The notes: generated by a model not told the origin, from the sequence alone. Positions 9,494-19,694 are shown, counted from the stretch's first letter. The stretch: DNA of 64,000 bases from Candidatus Eiseniibacteriota bacterium (GCA_963762255.1 CAVXKA010000002.1:1184001-1248000); one strand, 5' to 3'. Program-made: numbers and translations.

Positions 9494-10138
9494 ATGAGCA
9501 GTATGCGCAATGGCGAAATGGCCACGGACCTGGCCGTGCGCAGGGGCAAGTTCCGTAAGCGTGCGGAACAGTACCTGCACCTCGGTCATGACCGCACCGC
9601 GGCCGCCCGCTTCGTGGCCGGATCGGGAGGGCCGCTCACGGGCCCTGTCCTCGACGTGGGCACGGGGAAGGGGCTCCTCGCCATGGCGCTTGCCGACCTG
9701 GGAGTCCGCGTCGTTTCCATCGACGTGGACAGCTCCGACCAGGCGCTGGCTTGTCTCCTCGCCGAAGAAGCCGGAGTGAGAGATAGGATCGACTTCATCC
9801 GGGGAGACGCCGCGAGGCTCCCCTTCCCGCCCGACCGCTTCGGCGCCGTCGCCATGATGGCGGTGCTGCACCACCTCCAGGATCCGGCGTCCGTCCTCCG
9901 CGACATGGCGAGGGCGGTAAGAACGGGCGGCGTCCTCATCGTGGCCGACTTTTCCGAGGAGGGGTTTGAACTGGTGGACCGCGTCCACCGCGACGAGGGC
10001 GGGGAGCACCTGCGCGCCGGGACCACCGTCGACTTGGCCGCCGCCGAACTCGAGCGGCACGGCCTCCGGTGCGTAGGGCGCCGGGAGGAACATCTGCACC
10101 TCGTGGTGGTTTTCGAGAAGAGAGAGGAGATCGCATGA
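9494..10138 (+). CDS. Class I SAM-dependent methyltransferase
   Basis: VLDVGTGKG motif I, GDAARLPF, LHHL.DP, GGVLIVAD. Confidence 0.88.
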   Translation: MSSMRNGEMATDLAVRRGKFRKRAEQYLHLGHDRTAAARFVAGSGGPLTGPVLDVGTGKGLLAMALADLGVRVVSIDVDSSDQALACLLAEEAGVRDRIDFIRGDAARLPFPPDRFGAVAMMAVLHHLQDPASVLRDMARAVRTGGVLIVADFSEEGFELVDRVHRDEGGEHLRAGTTVDLAAAELERHGLRCVGRREEHLHLVVVFEKREEIA

Positions 10139-10656
10139 ATCACGCCGGCACGCCCCTCCGGAATCAGGCCGGGAGCCAGGTGCTGCTCGACGAGACTCGA
10201 GTGGCCCACCACCCTCGTTGCCTCCTTTGCAGCGCGGAAAGTCCCTTCAACCCGAAGGTCGATTTCCGGGTTCAGGAGCCGGGAAAGGTGCACGCGTCCT
10301 TCATGTGCCGCCGTCCGTACCAGAGCTACCCCGGCATGCTTCACGGCGGTCTCATCTCCGCGGTATTGGATGCGGCGATGACGAATTGCCTGTTCTCGAT
10401 GGGAGTCGTGGCGATCACCGCGGAGTTGATGGTCCGGTATCTCACCCCGGTCAGGATCGAGTGCGAGGCCGAGGTCACCGCATCCCTGGACAGGTCGACC
10501 ATGCCGATGTACTACGTGTCGGCCGAGCTTTCGCAGGAGGGGAAAGTGTGCGCGCGGGCGACGGCGAAGTTCATGGACAAGGAGTGGGCGGCCACGATGG
10601 GCAGGAGCGACCCTCACCCTACCCAAGCGAGCTCGGGCGACGATCGTGACGGCTGA
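10135..10656 (+). CDS. PaaI/hotdog-fold thioesterase
   Basis: ATGA overlap with upstream stop and RBS GAGGAG; HPRCLLC, YPGMLHGGLISAVLDAAM, TAELMVRY. Confidence 0.88.
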   Translation: MNHAGTPLRNQAGSQVLLDETRVAHHPRCLLCSAESPFNPKVDFRVQEPGKVHASFMCRRPYQSYPGMLHGGLISAVLDAAMTNCLFSMGVVAITAELMVRYLTPVRIECEAEVTASLDRSTMPMYYVSAELSQEGKVCARATAKFMDKEWAATMGRSDPHPTQASSGDDRDG

Positions 10657-12784
10657 ACTGGATCGTCGCGATTTCCTCCGGGTTCTCTCTGCCGTCGCCG
10701 CGGGGGGAGCGGGAGCCGCCGGCTTCGGACTCCAAGGCTGCGCGGGGCATCCCCGTATGCGCGACGACCTCGACCGCCGCTTCCTGATCCTGGGTTTCGA
10801 CGGCGTGGATCCCCGACTCCTGGAGCGCTGGACTGACGAGGGCAAGCTTCCCTTCCTCGCGCGGCTCCGGCGCGAACTCCACTACCGGCGCCTCAGCACC
10901 ACGACTCCCCCCGAGTCGCCGGTGGCATGGTCGTCGTTCGCCACCGGGGTCAACCCGGGCAAGCATCGCATCTACGACTTCTTATGCCGCGACCCCCGCA
11001 CCTACGAACCCCAGATCGCCGAAGTCGACAACGATCCGCCGCGCTTCCTCTGGGATCTTCTTCCCGTCCGTCGTCCCCGCGTTGTCTTGCGGCGTCGCGG
11101 CACGACTTTCTGGCGCACGCTCGCCGATGGAGGCATCCGTTCTACCATCGTCCAGGTACCGGTGAGCTTTCCCCCAGAGGATCTCCCCGGAGGGCGACTC
11201 TTGTCCGGCCTATCCGTTCCCGATCTGCGGGGTACCCAGGGCACCTTCCAGTACTTCGCCACCGACCTCACGCGGGAGGAAACCGAGGACACCGAGATGG
11301 GGGGAAAGCTCGTCCCGATCACGGTACGGGACGGCCGCGCCCTCACGGAAATCCAGGGGCCATGGGATCCGGTTCTGCGCGACAAGCGCCGCCGGCTGGA
11401 GGAGAAGCTGGAGCACACCTCGGGCGGAGAGGATGTCCGCGAGTTGCGGGGCCGTCTCAGCGAGCTGGCTCGCCGCCCCAAGGTTCTGACCGAGCCGGTC
11501 GAATTCATCGCGGATCCGGAGAATCGCTCGATGGTCATTCGGCTCCAGGGGCAGGAGCAGCGCGTCGCCGAAGGGCGCTGGAGCGATTGGTTCGAGGTTT
11601 CCTTCGAGATCACTCCCATCATGCGCGTGCACGGCATCGCCCACTTCTACGTGGAACAGGTAAGCCCGGAGGTGCGGGTCTACTTCGGTCCGATCGAGCT
11701 GCACCCCGCCCATCCCCCGCTTCCCATCTCGTACCCGGCCGACCTTTCCGAAGAACTCTTCGACGCGCTCGGTTTCTACAAGACACGAGGCTGGGCGGCC
11801 GATACCGCCGGCCTCCAGGACGAGCGGCTCGACGAGGCGGCCTTCTGGTCCGACCTCAACGAACTCATGACCATGCGGGAGCGGATCCTGTTCCATCTCC
11901 TCGACGCTCATCCCTGGAATTGCTTTGTCGACGTGTTCAGTTGCACCGATCGGATCCAACACATGTTCTGGCGGTTCCTCGACCCGCGATCCCCGCGCTA
12001 CGACGCCGGTCTCGCCGTGGAATGGGGAGACGCCGTGCTACGCATCTATCAACGCATGGACCGCATCGTAGAGCGCGCATACACGGAGCATGTCGGACCC
12101 GACACCGCATTCATCTTCATGAGCGACCACGGGTTTCACTCCTTCAACCGCTCGGTGAATCTCAACACCTGGCTCGTTCGGTCGGGATACATGCACCTCA
12201 GGGGAATGGAGCATGCCGGGTACCGCCTGGAGGATCTCTTCAGCGGCGGCGACTTCTGGCCGGATGTGGTCTGGGAGCGCACGAAGGCGTACGCCATGGG
12301 CCTCGGCCAGATCTACATTAACGTCGCGGGTCGTGAGGGGAAGGGCGTCGTCGAGCCCGGCGACGAGTACGACCGGGTCGTGGCGGCCATCGCCCGGGGA
12401 CTGCTCGAGCTGCGCGATGTCGATGGCACCCCAGCCATCCTCTCCGCGCACCCCGCCCGCGAGATCTTCAGCGGGGACTACCTCGACGAGGCCCCGGACA
12501 TCCAGGTCGGCTTCAACGAGGGCTACCGCGTTTCCTGGCAAACCTGCCTGGGCGGGATTCCGTCGGAGGTGATCGAGGACAACCCGCGCAAGTGGTCCGG
12601 CGACCACTGCTCCTACGATTCCCGGATCACCCCCGGGGTCTTCATCGCGAACCGGCCCCTGCTCAAGGAGCCGCATATCCTCGATGTGGCCCCGACGGTC
12701 CTCCGCTGGTTCGGGGAGCCGATCCCCGAGAGCTATGACGGCGAGCCGCTCTTCACGGACCGATCTCCGAGCGCGTCGAACTGA
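10646..12784 (+). CDS. Alkaline phosphatase superfamily phosphodiesterase/nucleotide pyrophosphatase, probable Tat-exported lipoprotein
   Basis: Twin-arginine RRDFL signal plus LQGC lipobox; LGFDG, PPESPVAWSSFATG.NPGKH, DRIQH, SDHGF, WSGDH. Confidence 0.88.
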   Translation: MTAELDRRDFLRVLSAVAAGGAGAAGFGLQGCAGHPRMRDDLDRRFLILGFDGVDPRLLERWTDEGKLPFLARLRRELHYRRLSTTTPPESPVAWSSFATGVNPGKHRIYDFLCRDPRTYEPQIAEVDNDPPRFLWDLLPVRRPRVVLRRRGTTFWRTLADGGIRSTIVQVPVSFPPEDLPGGRLLSGLSVPDLRGTQGTFQYFATDLTREETEDTEMGGKLVPITVRDGRALTEIQGPWDPVLRDKRRRLEEKLEHTSGGEDVRELRGRLSELARRPKVLTEPVEFIADPENRSMVIRLQGQEQRVAEGRWSDWFEVSFEITPIMRVHGIAHFYVEQVSPEVRVYFGPIELHPAHPPLPISYPADLSEELFDALGFYKTRGWAADTAGLQDERLDEAAFWSDLNELMTMRERILFHLLDAHPWNCFVDVFSCTDRIQHMFWRFLDPRSPRYDAGLAVEWGDAVLRIYQRMDRIVERAYTEHVGPDTAFIFMSDHGFHSFNRSVNLNTWLVRSGYMHLRGMEHAGYRLEDLFSGGDFWPDVVWERTKAYAMGLGQIYINVAGREGKGVVEPGDEYDRVVAAIARGLLELRDVDGTPAILSAHPAREIFSGDYLDEAPDIQVGFNEGYRVSWQTCLGGIPSEVIEDNPRKWSGDHCSYDSRITPGVFIANRPLLKEPHILDVAPTVLRWFGEPIPESYDGEPLFTDRSPSASN

Positions 12785-12944
12785 GGATCGAAGCTCCGCA
12801 GACGTTGGTGATTCGGGTGGCTCCGGCGCGACGATGCCCTCACTTTGATTCGCTCTCCATCGTCTTGATTGGATCGAAGGACGCATACGAACATCAGCAT
12901 CCACCAAGACCTTCAATGACTATTAGTTAGACCATTACGAACGT

Positions 12945-12960
12945 TGGCACAGACATTGCT
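12945..12960 (+). promoter_or_regulatory. sigma54 (-24/-12) promoter
   Basis: TGGCAC-AGACA-TTGCT is an exact -24/-12 consensus, in an AT-rich intergenic stretch. Confidence 0.75.
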
Positions 12961-12971
12961 TTATTACTTGG

Positions 12972-13076
12972 CGTTGGGAAGAAATCACTCGACCGGAGCA
13001 GATGCCTGCGGGGTTGCCATTCGCCTCACTCCGGGAGGCCCGAAGCAATCGTCACGCCCCCGCAGGCAAATTTTTT
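12972..13076 (+). ncRNA. Candidate sigma54-dependent structured small RNA
   Basis: Lies downstream of the sigma54 site with no credible plus-strand CDS. Long interrupted hairpin (TGCCTGCGGGG 13003-13013 / CCCCGCAGGCA 13058-13068, inner TTGC/GCAA, TTCG/CGAA, CCTC/GAGG) followed by a T-tract. Confidence 0.45.
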
Positions 13077-13111
13077 GGTGCGCCGGCTGCGACCGGAGAC
13101 GCTCTCCTACG

Positions 13112-15001
13112 TCACCGCGTGGAGAGCTTCACCACTCGAATCGCCTCGCCCCGCCCCATACCCTCCACGCGCAGGAAGTAGGCTCCCGCCGGCAGCGGAA
13201 GTCCCGAGCCATCCCGCCCGTCCCACGCGATCTCGGCCGGTCTCGCACCGCTCGCGTTGGGGACATCGATCGTGCGGACACGACGGCCGAGCATGTCATA
13301 CACCTCGACCCGCACCGGTCCCTGCGCGCCCGCAGCAGCGAGGGTGACGGTGGTGCGATGTTGGAAGGGATTGGGACGTGCCGGCCCGAGGAATGGGCGG
13401 GTCGCCCGACTCTCGGGAACGCCGGTGTAGAGACCGGAAGGGAACGGAGCGAATTTCCGGGTATTCCACGCGAGCTGCGTTCCCTTGCGGGCGCGGTCGG
13501 CGAAGTCCCATGCGTCGTAGTCGAAAGCCGGTGGGAGTCCGATGCGGACCCCGTAGGCCGTCCAGTCGAGACGATCCTGGTCCGCGGTGACGGCCGGGTC
13601 CGGAACCCCCGGCGCAAGGCTTGGGTGCAGGGTGGGAACGGTGAGCGCTGTCCCCGTTCCATTGACCACGAAGTCCCAGAGCGGAGTCGGCACGTCGAGC
13701 GTGTCCCCCGGCTGCGCACCGAGGTTAGTGTCCGGGATCGTCTTCACCAGAGCGAGTTCGAGGTTATAGAGGTCCGGCGCCGGGCTCACACCGGGGTTCT
13801 CCACCGTAGTCCAAGAAAGCTGCGCACCCGACGTAGAGAGCACGGGCGGCCGGAAGAACGTGCTGATGTTCGATGTCTCTCCGGGAGCGAGGCTACTGCG
13901 GTCCACGACGAAGGAGTTCGCGAGGCCGAGCGTGGCGTCCGACTCGATCGCCCCCGCCAGATAGTCCATCCCGGTGAAATCGCCGCCGGCCGTGATGGTG
14001 GAAAGGAGGAGGCTCGCCGAGGAGCCGCCGACACCACCCCCGAACCCGCAGGGAACGATCCGCCCGAGCCCTGTCTCCCCGTCCAGGTCGGCGGCCACGA
14101 AGGCGAATACGTCGTAGCCGGCGAGCGTGTTCGACACGTTCACGCGCAGGTTGAAGGAGACGGTGTTGGTGAGCTGAAGCAGTTGGGAATCGGGCCCGTT
14201 CACGGGAATGCCGGGCTCAATGCCCACCTTTCTCAGCGTGAAGTTCTGGATGAGCGGCAGGAACTCCGGCTTGTCGGCACCGACGATGTCGAGGAGCGTA
14301 GCGGTCGGCACCCGCCCATAGAAGGTGTAGAGGTCCTGGGTCGTGTGATCCTCGAGCCACACGTAGTACGGCGTGCGCTCCACCGGGATCAAGAGGAACT
14401 CCACCTGGAGGGGCATGTAGATCAACCCCGGAACCGGCTGCTCACCGACGAGGGGGAAGCTCTCGAGGACGATCGGCGCGAACTGCTCGAAATCGCCCAA
14501 GGTGGTCAGGTCATCGATCGACAAGGAGGGCATCACGACCGCCACGTCGAACTTGCCGTCGTTCGGAATCAGGGTGAACCCCGAGGCGGAGATGTCACCG
14601 CTGTAAAGCGCCTTCGGCGCCTCCGCCCCTTTGAGCCGGATGGGGAGAATCATCTGGCTGGCGTCGACTCCGAAAACGGTGAAGTAGGAGTAGCCGGCCT
14701 TGCCCACGGTGACGGTCTGGGGCCCGACAAGCGACGTGTGCGACAGGACGGCGATGCCCGATGCGTTGGTGAACGCGAGGTTGCCCAGAAATGGGGTACC
14801 CGGCTCGGGGCCCACCTGGCAGAAGGCGCCGGCGATGGGCGCCCCGGTTCGCTGATCCACCACGGTGACGGTGAGGATCCCACCGAGCGGCCCGCCTCCG
14901 ACCCCTCCCTTGAGGTCAATCGCCGCGCCGGGAGACGAGGTCATGGCGAGGAGCGCGAAGACGGAAAGCATCATGAGGAGCGGAACGAGCAATCGGCGCA
15001 T
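13112..15001 (-). CDS. Exported protein with carboxypeptidase-regulatory-like N-terminal domain and C-terminal FlgD-Ig/T9SS-CTD-like domain
   Basis: Signal peptide; TVTVVDQRTGAPIAGA...VTVGKAGY; C-terminal PNPF..YDMLGRRVR..WDGRDGSG..LPAGAYF. Confidence 0.8.
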   Translation of the reverse strand: MRRLLVPLLMMLSVFALLAMTSSPGAAIDLKGGVGGGPLGGILTVTVVDQRTGAPIAGAFCQVGPEPGTPFLGNLAFTNASGIAVLSHTSLVGPQTVTVGKAGYSYFTVFGVDASQMILPIRLKGAEAPKALYSGDISASGFTLIPNDGKFDVAVVMPSLSIDDLTTLGDFEQFAPIVLESFPLVGEQPVPGLIYMPLQVEFLLIPVERTPYYVWLEDHTTQDLYTFYGRVPTATLLDIVGADKPEFLPLIQNFTLRKVGIEPGIPVNGPDSQLLQLTNTVSFNLRVNVSNTLAGYDVFAFVAADLDGETGLGRIVPCGFGGGVGGSSASLLLSTITAGGDFTGMDYLAGAIESDATLGLANSFVVDRSSLAPGETSNISTFFRPPVLSTSGAQLSWTTVENPGVSPAPDLYNLELALVKTIPDTNLGAQPGDTLDVPTPLWDFVVNGTGTALTVPTLHPSLAPGVPDPAVTADQDRLDWTAYGVRIGLPPAFDYDAWDFADRARKGTQLAWNTRKFAPFPSGLYTGVPESRATRPFLGPARPNPFQHRTTVTLAAAGAQGPVRVEVYDMLGRRVRTIDVPNASGARPAEIAWDGRDGSGLPLPAGAYFLRVEGMGRGEAIRVVKLSTR

Positions 15002-15035
15002 AGTCGTGGTCTCCTGTTGTCGTGCAGACTCCCTC

Positions 15036-16679
15036 TCAGCCCCCCGCTCTCCGTATCATCTGCAGCAGCCGCTTCAGAATGTTGGGCTGCTTGAGATCTA
15101 CGGCCGACGCATCAGCCAGCATCTTCCGGAGCCGGTCGAAGTCCGCGGCGTTCGCAGCCGCGCGCTCGGCGGCGAGAACGGAAAGGATCTCCGGAATCCT
15201 CTCGTTCGCCGAAAGGACGAGTCCGAACGCATCCTTGCCGAACTCCAGAAGCTCGGCGCCTTCGACCGCCGTTACCGTCGCAGTGCGCGGCAAGCCGGTC
15301 AGAAGACTCATCTCCCCAACGACCGCACCCGCGCCAAGCTCGAATTCCGTGGGCGGTGTCCCGTCCTCGCGATCGATGCGCCCCTTCAGCCGGCCGCGGA
15401 CCACGACGTAGAACGTCTCACCCTCTGCTCCCTGCAGGAAGAGCGTCTCGCCCCGGGTGTAGAGCACCCGTCGAACGGAGGGGGTGATCCGCCGAAGCTC
15501 CTCGTCGCCGAGCAGAGACCGTCCGTCGGTGCCGACACAGAGCTTCCGGCAGAAGTCGCTGTTCACGAGATCGGACACCGCGGAATCCACCTGCTCCCTC
15601 TCGGGCGGACGGTTCCGCTGTGTGGCCACCACGTCCATGAAGTCGTTGAGGAGCTTGTCGCTCATCGGGAAGGGGATCTCGATGCCGCGGCGCTTGAACT
15701 GATACCAGATCATGCGGCTGACGTCCCCATTGATATCGTCCCGGCGGAAGTATTGGTCGGTCCAGAAGCGAAGCCGGTAATTGATGCCGAAGTCGAGGTA
15801 GGCGACGATGAACGCCTCGGGCGTCGGCTCCTTCATGACTTCCGGCACGCTTCGCGCAGCCGCTACAAGCGCCGCGATCACGTCGTCCGGAGCATCCTCG
15901 TAGCTCGCACCTACCTCGATGGCGTGTCGCCGCCGAGGCTCCGGCCGCGCGATGTTGTTGATGAGGGATTCGGCGACCTTACTGTTCGGGACGATGAGCA
16001 GGTGCCCGTCGCGCGAGCGAAGGCGGGTTTCCCGCCAGTTGGTCTGCACGACCTGGCCCTCGACGTCTCCGATGATGACCCAGTCCTGGGGCAGAACGGT
16101 CCGCACGACGTGGAGGGACATGCCGGCGAGCAGATTCCCCAGGACGCCTTGAAGCGCGAACCCGATGACCGCGGTGATGAGCGCGGTGGAGGCCAGGAGG
16201 GGCGCGATGTTGATCCCGAGCTGGCCGCGGAGCACGGCGAAGAGGACTGCGAGCACAAGGAGCGCGCGGATGATTCCGAGAAGAAGATCCGGCACCGGAA
16301 AGGGGCGGCGGCGCACGGCGAAGAACTGGCCCGCCACGGCCTCGGCAAGGAACACGAGAAGAACCCCGATCCAGAAGGTGTTCCAGGCCAGGACATGCGA
16401 GGGGTGGCCTGAGATCCAGTCCACGGCGGACGGCACGCTGCCCAGCAGCCAGAGCGCAGCCTGGGTGAGGGCGAGCACGAGGAGGGGGCGCACCACCGAG
16501 GCCGCGATCTCGCGAAGCGCGACGGCCATCAACCGGGAGCCGGGGCGATCCTTCTTCAGGATGCGACGCACGAGCCCACCGAGCGCGATGGCGATCAGAT
16601 AGATGAGGAGACAGACGAGGACTGCGTTACCGCTGCGCGCGTAGACGTTCACGTTGGGACCCCCGGGGTCGCCCCGCAT
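15036..16679 (-). CDS. MscS small-conductance mechanosensitive channel fused to a cyclic-nucleotide-binding domain
   Basis: IGFALQGVLGNLLAG, VPNS, GIEIPFP (MscS); C-terminal LFLQG..GEMSLLTGLPRTATV (CNB). Start approximate. Confidence 0.9.
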   Translation of the reverse strand: MRGDPGGPNVNVYARSGNAVLVCLLIYLIAIALGGLVRRILKKDRPGSRLMAVALREIAASVVRPLLVLALTQAALWLLGSVPSAVDWISGHPSHVLAWNTFWIGVLLVFLAEAVAGQFFAVRRRPFPVPDLLLGIIRALLVLAVLFAVLRGQLGINIAPLLASTALITAVIGFALQGVLGNLLAGMSLHVVRTVLPQDWVIIGDVEGQVVQTNWRETRLRSRDGHLLIVPNSKVAESLINNIARPEPRRRHAIEVGASYEDAPDDVIAALVAAARSVPEVMKEPTPEAFIVAYLDFGINYRLRFWTDQYFRRDDINGDVSRMIWYQFKRRGIEIPFPMSDKLLNDFMDVVATQRNRPPEREQVDSAVSDLVNSDFCRKLCVGTDGRSLLGDEELRRITPSVRRVLYTRGETLFLQGAEGETFYVVVRGRLKGRIDREDGTPPTEFELGAGAVVGEMSLLTGLPRTATVTAVEGAELLEFGKDAFGLVLSANERIPEILSVLAAERAAANAADFDRLRKMLADASAVDLKQPNILKRLLQMIRRAGG

Positions 16680-16708
16680 GCGCCGAAGAAGACAGGGCTC
16701 ATGACCGT

Positions 16709-18736
16709 CTACTTCCCGGCCAAGACCCAGATACCGTCCCATGACGCATCGGGCGCGGCGAGAAGCGCGCGACACCGCTCGGCATAGGTTCGAGCGAGCG
16801 GATCATCGGGGATTCCCTCGAACACCGCAAGGGCCTCGCCCACCCGCCCGGCCCGAACGAGATCGAGGCCCCGCGCGAATTCGGCGAGCCCCGGGGGCTC
16901 CGGACCACCGGCGAGCCCCAGAAGCTCATAAACCCGCACCGGCGCCCCGCGGCCGACCACTTGAAGGCTCCCTATCTCCCGCGCGCGGATCGCGTCGCCC
17001 GCTGCCGCGCGCGTCGATTCCGCAAGCATCGTGTAGGTGCCGAAGACCTTGTTGGCCCCCTCCAGTCGGGACGCGAGGTTGGCTGCGTCCCCCAGGACCG
17101 TGTAATTGAATCGCTGGTGCGATCCCATGTTGCCGGCGACCGCTTCTCCCGTGTTGAGGCCGATCCGCATTCGGAGCAAGGCACCTGTTTTCGTGCGGAA
17201 CTCCTCGCGCCGCTCCGCGAGCCGCTCCTGGCAGCGCCACGCAGCCCGCGTCGCGCGCAGTGCATGGTCGGTCTGGCTGAGCGGAGCGTTCCAGAACGCG
17301 ATCACCGCATCTCCTTCGTACTTGTCGAGGGTGCCCCCCTCGTCGAGGATGATCTCCGTCATATCCGACAGGTAGTGGTTGAGAAGCGAAGTGAGCGCAA
17401 CGGGATCGAGTTTCTCCGAGATGGACGTGAAACCCTCCAGATCGGAGAACAGAATCGTCAGCTCGCGCCGTTCGCCCCCCAGGCGGAGCTGCGATGGATC
17501 CTTGAGGATGCGCTCGATCACATGGGGACTCAGATAGAGCTTGAAGGCTTGCTTGATGAACCGCTTCTGGCGCCCCTCGGTGGCGTAGTTCAGCACCAGC
17601 GCCCCGACGAACGCGAGAGCGACGGCCAGCTCTCCCTCGACGACGGGCCACCAGAACCCCGCGCGGTAGCCGATCAGACCGGCGAGCACGGGGACGGGCA
17701 GCACGGCGACCAGGATCACCGCGGCGAGCCACGCCCTCCGGCTCCACATGACGAGCAGGCTCGCGCAGAGCGCGACGAGCAGCGTCGCCAGGACGACGGC
17801 GCCGGAGGAGGGCCGGCGAATGAACCCCTCGGTGAGGAAATTGTCGAGCACGGTGGCGTGGATCTCTACACCCGGGCTCACGCGGCTGAGCGGTGTGGAG
17901 CGAAGATCGAGAAGCCCGGGTGCGCTGAATCCGAAGAATACGAAGCTGTCCCGGAAGAACTCCGGGTCGAGCACGGGCGTCTCGCCGGCCTCTAGCCTCA
18001 GTTCGGACTGGATCACCGCCGCCGCGCTCACCGTCGGGTGCACGCCGGTGGGTCCGGCGAAGCGGAGGATCGCGCGCCCGTCCTCGTCGACGGGGACGCG
18101 CTGCCGTCCTACGAAGAGGTTGCGCTTTTCCACGCGAAGCTCTTCCGACGGCGACGGGCCGCGTCCCCAGAGATAGGCGGCGAGACCGAGCGAGGGGATC
18201 GTCCGGCCGTCGACCGTGCGGAGCAAGACGGCGCGCCGGAACACACCGTCCTCGTCCGGCTCGTCGGCCACGTTCGCGAGCGCGGTTGCCGACCGCGCGA
18301 CCTCCGGTATGGGAAGGTCGATTCCTCCGGCGTTCTTCTTCACGACGAGCGCGCCGATGAACGGCGGCGTCCGTCGAATCGCGGCCTCCAGTGCTTCGTC
18401 GTCGGACACCCCGTACACGGAGGGTTCGGTGAAGAGCACGTCGAATGCGACGACACGGGCGCCACCCCGGCGGCAGAAGTCGAGAATCGGGGCGTAGACC
18501 TCGCGAGGCCACGGCCACGACCACCCGTTCGTTTCGCTCCCCCAGTCGAGGGACGCCTGATCGAGGAGGATGAGCTTGATGTTCGGGGTGGCCGGCGATG
18601 GGCGCGCCGAGGCGTGGACGCGCCACGCCCACGTCGTGTTCTCCAGACGGTCCAGGGCGCCTCCCGCCCAGAGCAGGAGGGCGACCACCGCGGCGCCGGC
18701 CCCGATGAGGGAGCCGAAGAGGGTCCGCTTGCGCAA
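16709..18736 (-). CDS. CHASE2-domain class III adenylate/guanylate cyclase
   Basis: WPWPR, FDVLF, PGVEIHA (CHASE2); three TMs; FSDLEGFT, DKYEGDA, RIGLNTG, YTVLGDAANLASRLE. K/T specificity residues suggest adenylate. Confidence 0.93.
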   Translation of the reverse strand: MRKRTLFGSLIGAGAAVVALLLWAGGALDRLENTTWAWRVHASARPSPATPNIKLILLDQASLDWGSETNGWSWPWPREVYAPILDFCRRGGARVVAFDVLFTEPSVYGVSDDEALEAAIRRTPPFIGALVVKKNAGGIDLPIPEVARSATALANVADEPDEDGVFRRAVLLRTVDGRTIPSLGLAAYLWGRGPSPSEELRVEKRNLFVGRQRVPVDEDGRAILRFAGPTGVHPTVSAAAVIQSELRLEAGETPVLDPEFFRDSFVFFGFSAPGLLDLRSTPLSRVSPGVEIHATVLDNFLTEGFIRRPSSGAVVLATLLVALCASLLVMWSRRAWLAAVILVAVLPVPVLAGLIGYRAGFWWPVVEGELAVALAFVGALVLNYATEGRQKRFIKQAFKLYLSPHVIERILKDPSQLRLGGERRELTILFSDLEGFTSISEKLDPVALTSLLNHYLSDMTEIILDEGGTLDKYEGDAVIAFWNAPLSQTDHALRATRAAWRCQERLAERREEFRTKTGALLRMRIGLNTGEAVAGNMGSHQRFNYTVLGDAANLASRLEGANKVFGTYTMLAESTRAAAGDAIRAREIGSLQVVGRGAPVRVYELLGLAGGPEPPGLAEFARGLDLVRAGRVGEALAVFEGIPDDPLARTYAERCRALLAAPDASWDGIWVLAGK

Positions 18737-18758
18737 TATCCCTCCGGTCAGTCGATGC

Positions 18759-19694
18759 CTAGAGGCTTGCCACCGCCGCCGCGAAGCGATCCCGACGCGC
18801 GGCGGAATCGGACGGCGGGGTCGATCCGCTCACGCTCCCCTGAATGTCCTTGATCCGGTCGGACGGGTCGGGATGCGTGCGTGCAAATCCCGCTCCGCTC
18901 GGTGTGAGACGCTTCTTCATCTCGCCAAGCATGGTCACGAGCGCCTGCGGGCTGTATCCCACCCGGCGCAGGACCGAGACCGCCGAAGCGTCGGCCTGCT
19001 TCTCGAGGCTTCGCGAGTAGCCGCTGTTCATGAGCGTGGACGTGATGTCGGTGATGCTCCCCTCGAACTCCTCGGTCAGCTTCGCCAGCCGCTCGCTTCC
19101 CAAGTTCGCCGCGCTCTCGGAGGCGAGGATGGTGAGCGCCGAAGTAAGCCGGCTCTTCTTGATCGCGCGCAGGCCGTCCTTGCCCGCCACGTGCCCGATT
19201 TCGTGAGCCAGAACCGCGGCCAGTTCGTCTTCGTTCCGGCAGCAACGGATGAGCCCGCGGGAGACAAGAATGAAGCCGCCCGGCGCAGCGAACGCGTTGA
19301 TCTCGTCGGTGTCGAGGACCAGGAAATGGTACCCGCCGAACGTCTCCGGGCGATCCGACGCGAGGGCGACGGTCTGACCGAGAAGGTTCACGTACCGGTT
19401 CAGCTCCGCGTCCGCGAGCGGCGGATAGGTATCGAGGATCGTAGCCGCCACCGCTCGACCGATGTAGTACTCCTGCTCCGGATCGATGTCCTCGAACGAC
19501 TTCTCCGTCGCCTCGGCCACGCGGTTGATCGACTGGCTCTGCGTGCTGTCGATTAGACCCTCTCCCTGCGCGATGGACGTGCCGATCTTCGCCACCGAGG
19601 CACATCCGACCATGAACGTCGCAACGAAGAGCAGCAGGACGGAGATGGTGAGGAGGATGGCAGCGATGCCCGGGCGCAACGTCCGCGCGTTCAT
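18759..19694 (-). CDS. M48 family zinc metalloprotease, probable lipoprotein
   Basis: MVGC lipobox; INAFAAPGG, AHEIGH, E..AD, THP. Confidence 0.9.
   Translation of the reverse strand: MNARTLRPGIAAILLTISVLLLFVATFMVGCASVAKIGTSIAQGEGLIDSTQSQSINRVAEATEKSFEDIDPEQEYYIGRAVAATILDTYPPLADAELNRYVNLLGQTVALASDRPETFGGYHFLVLDTDEINAFAAPGGFILVSRGLIRCCRNEDELAAVLAHEIGHVAGKDGLRAIKKSRLTSALTILASESAANLGSERLAKLTEEFEGSITDITSTLMNSGYSRSLEKQADASAVSVLRRVGYSPQALVTMLGEMKKRLTPSGAGFARTHPDPSDRIKDIQGSVSGSTPPSDSAARRDRFAAAVASL

Noticed and set aside
12944-15094. 716-aa plus-strand ORF starting at the sigma54 site
   Set aside because: Starts inside the promoter, has no RBS, is Arg-rich and lies antisense to a well-formed exported protein; typical high-GC shadow ORF.
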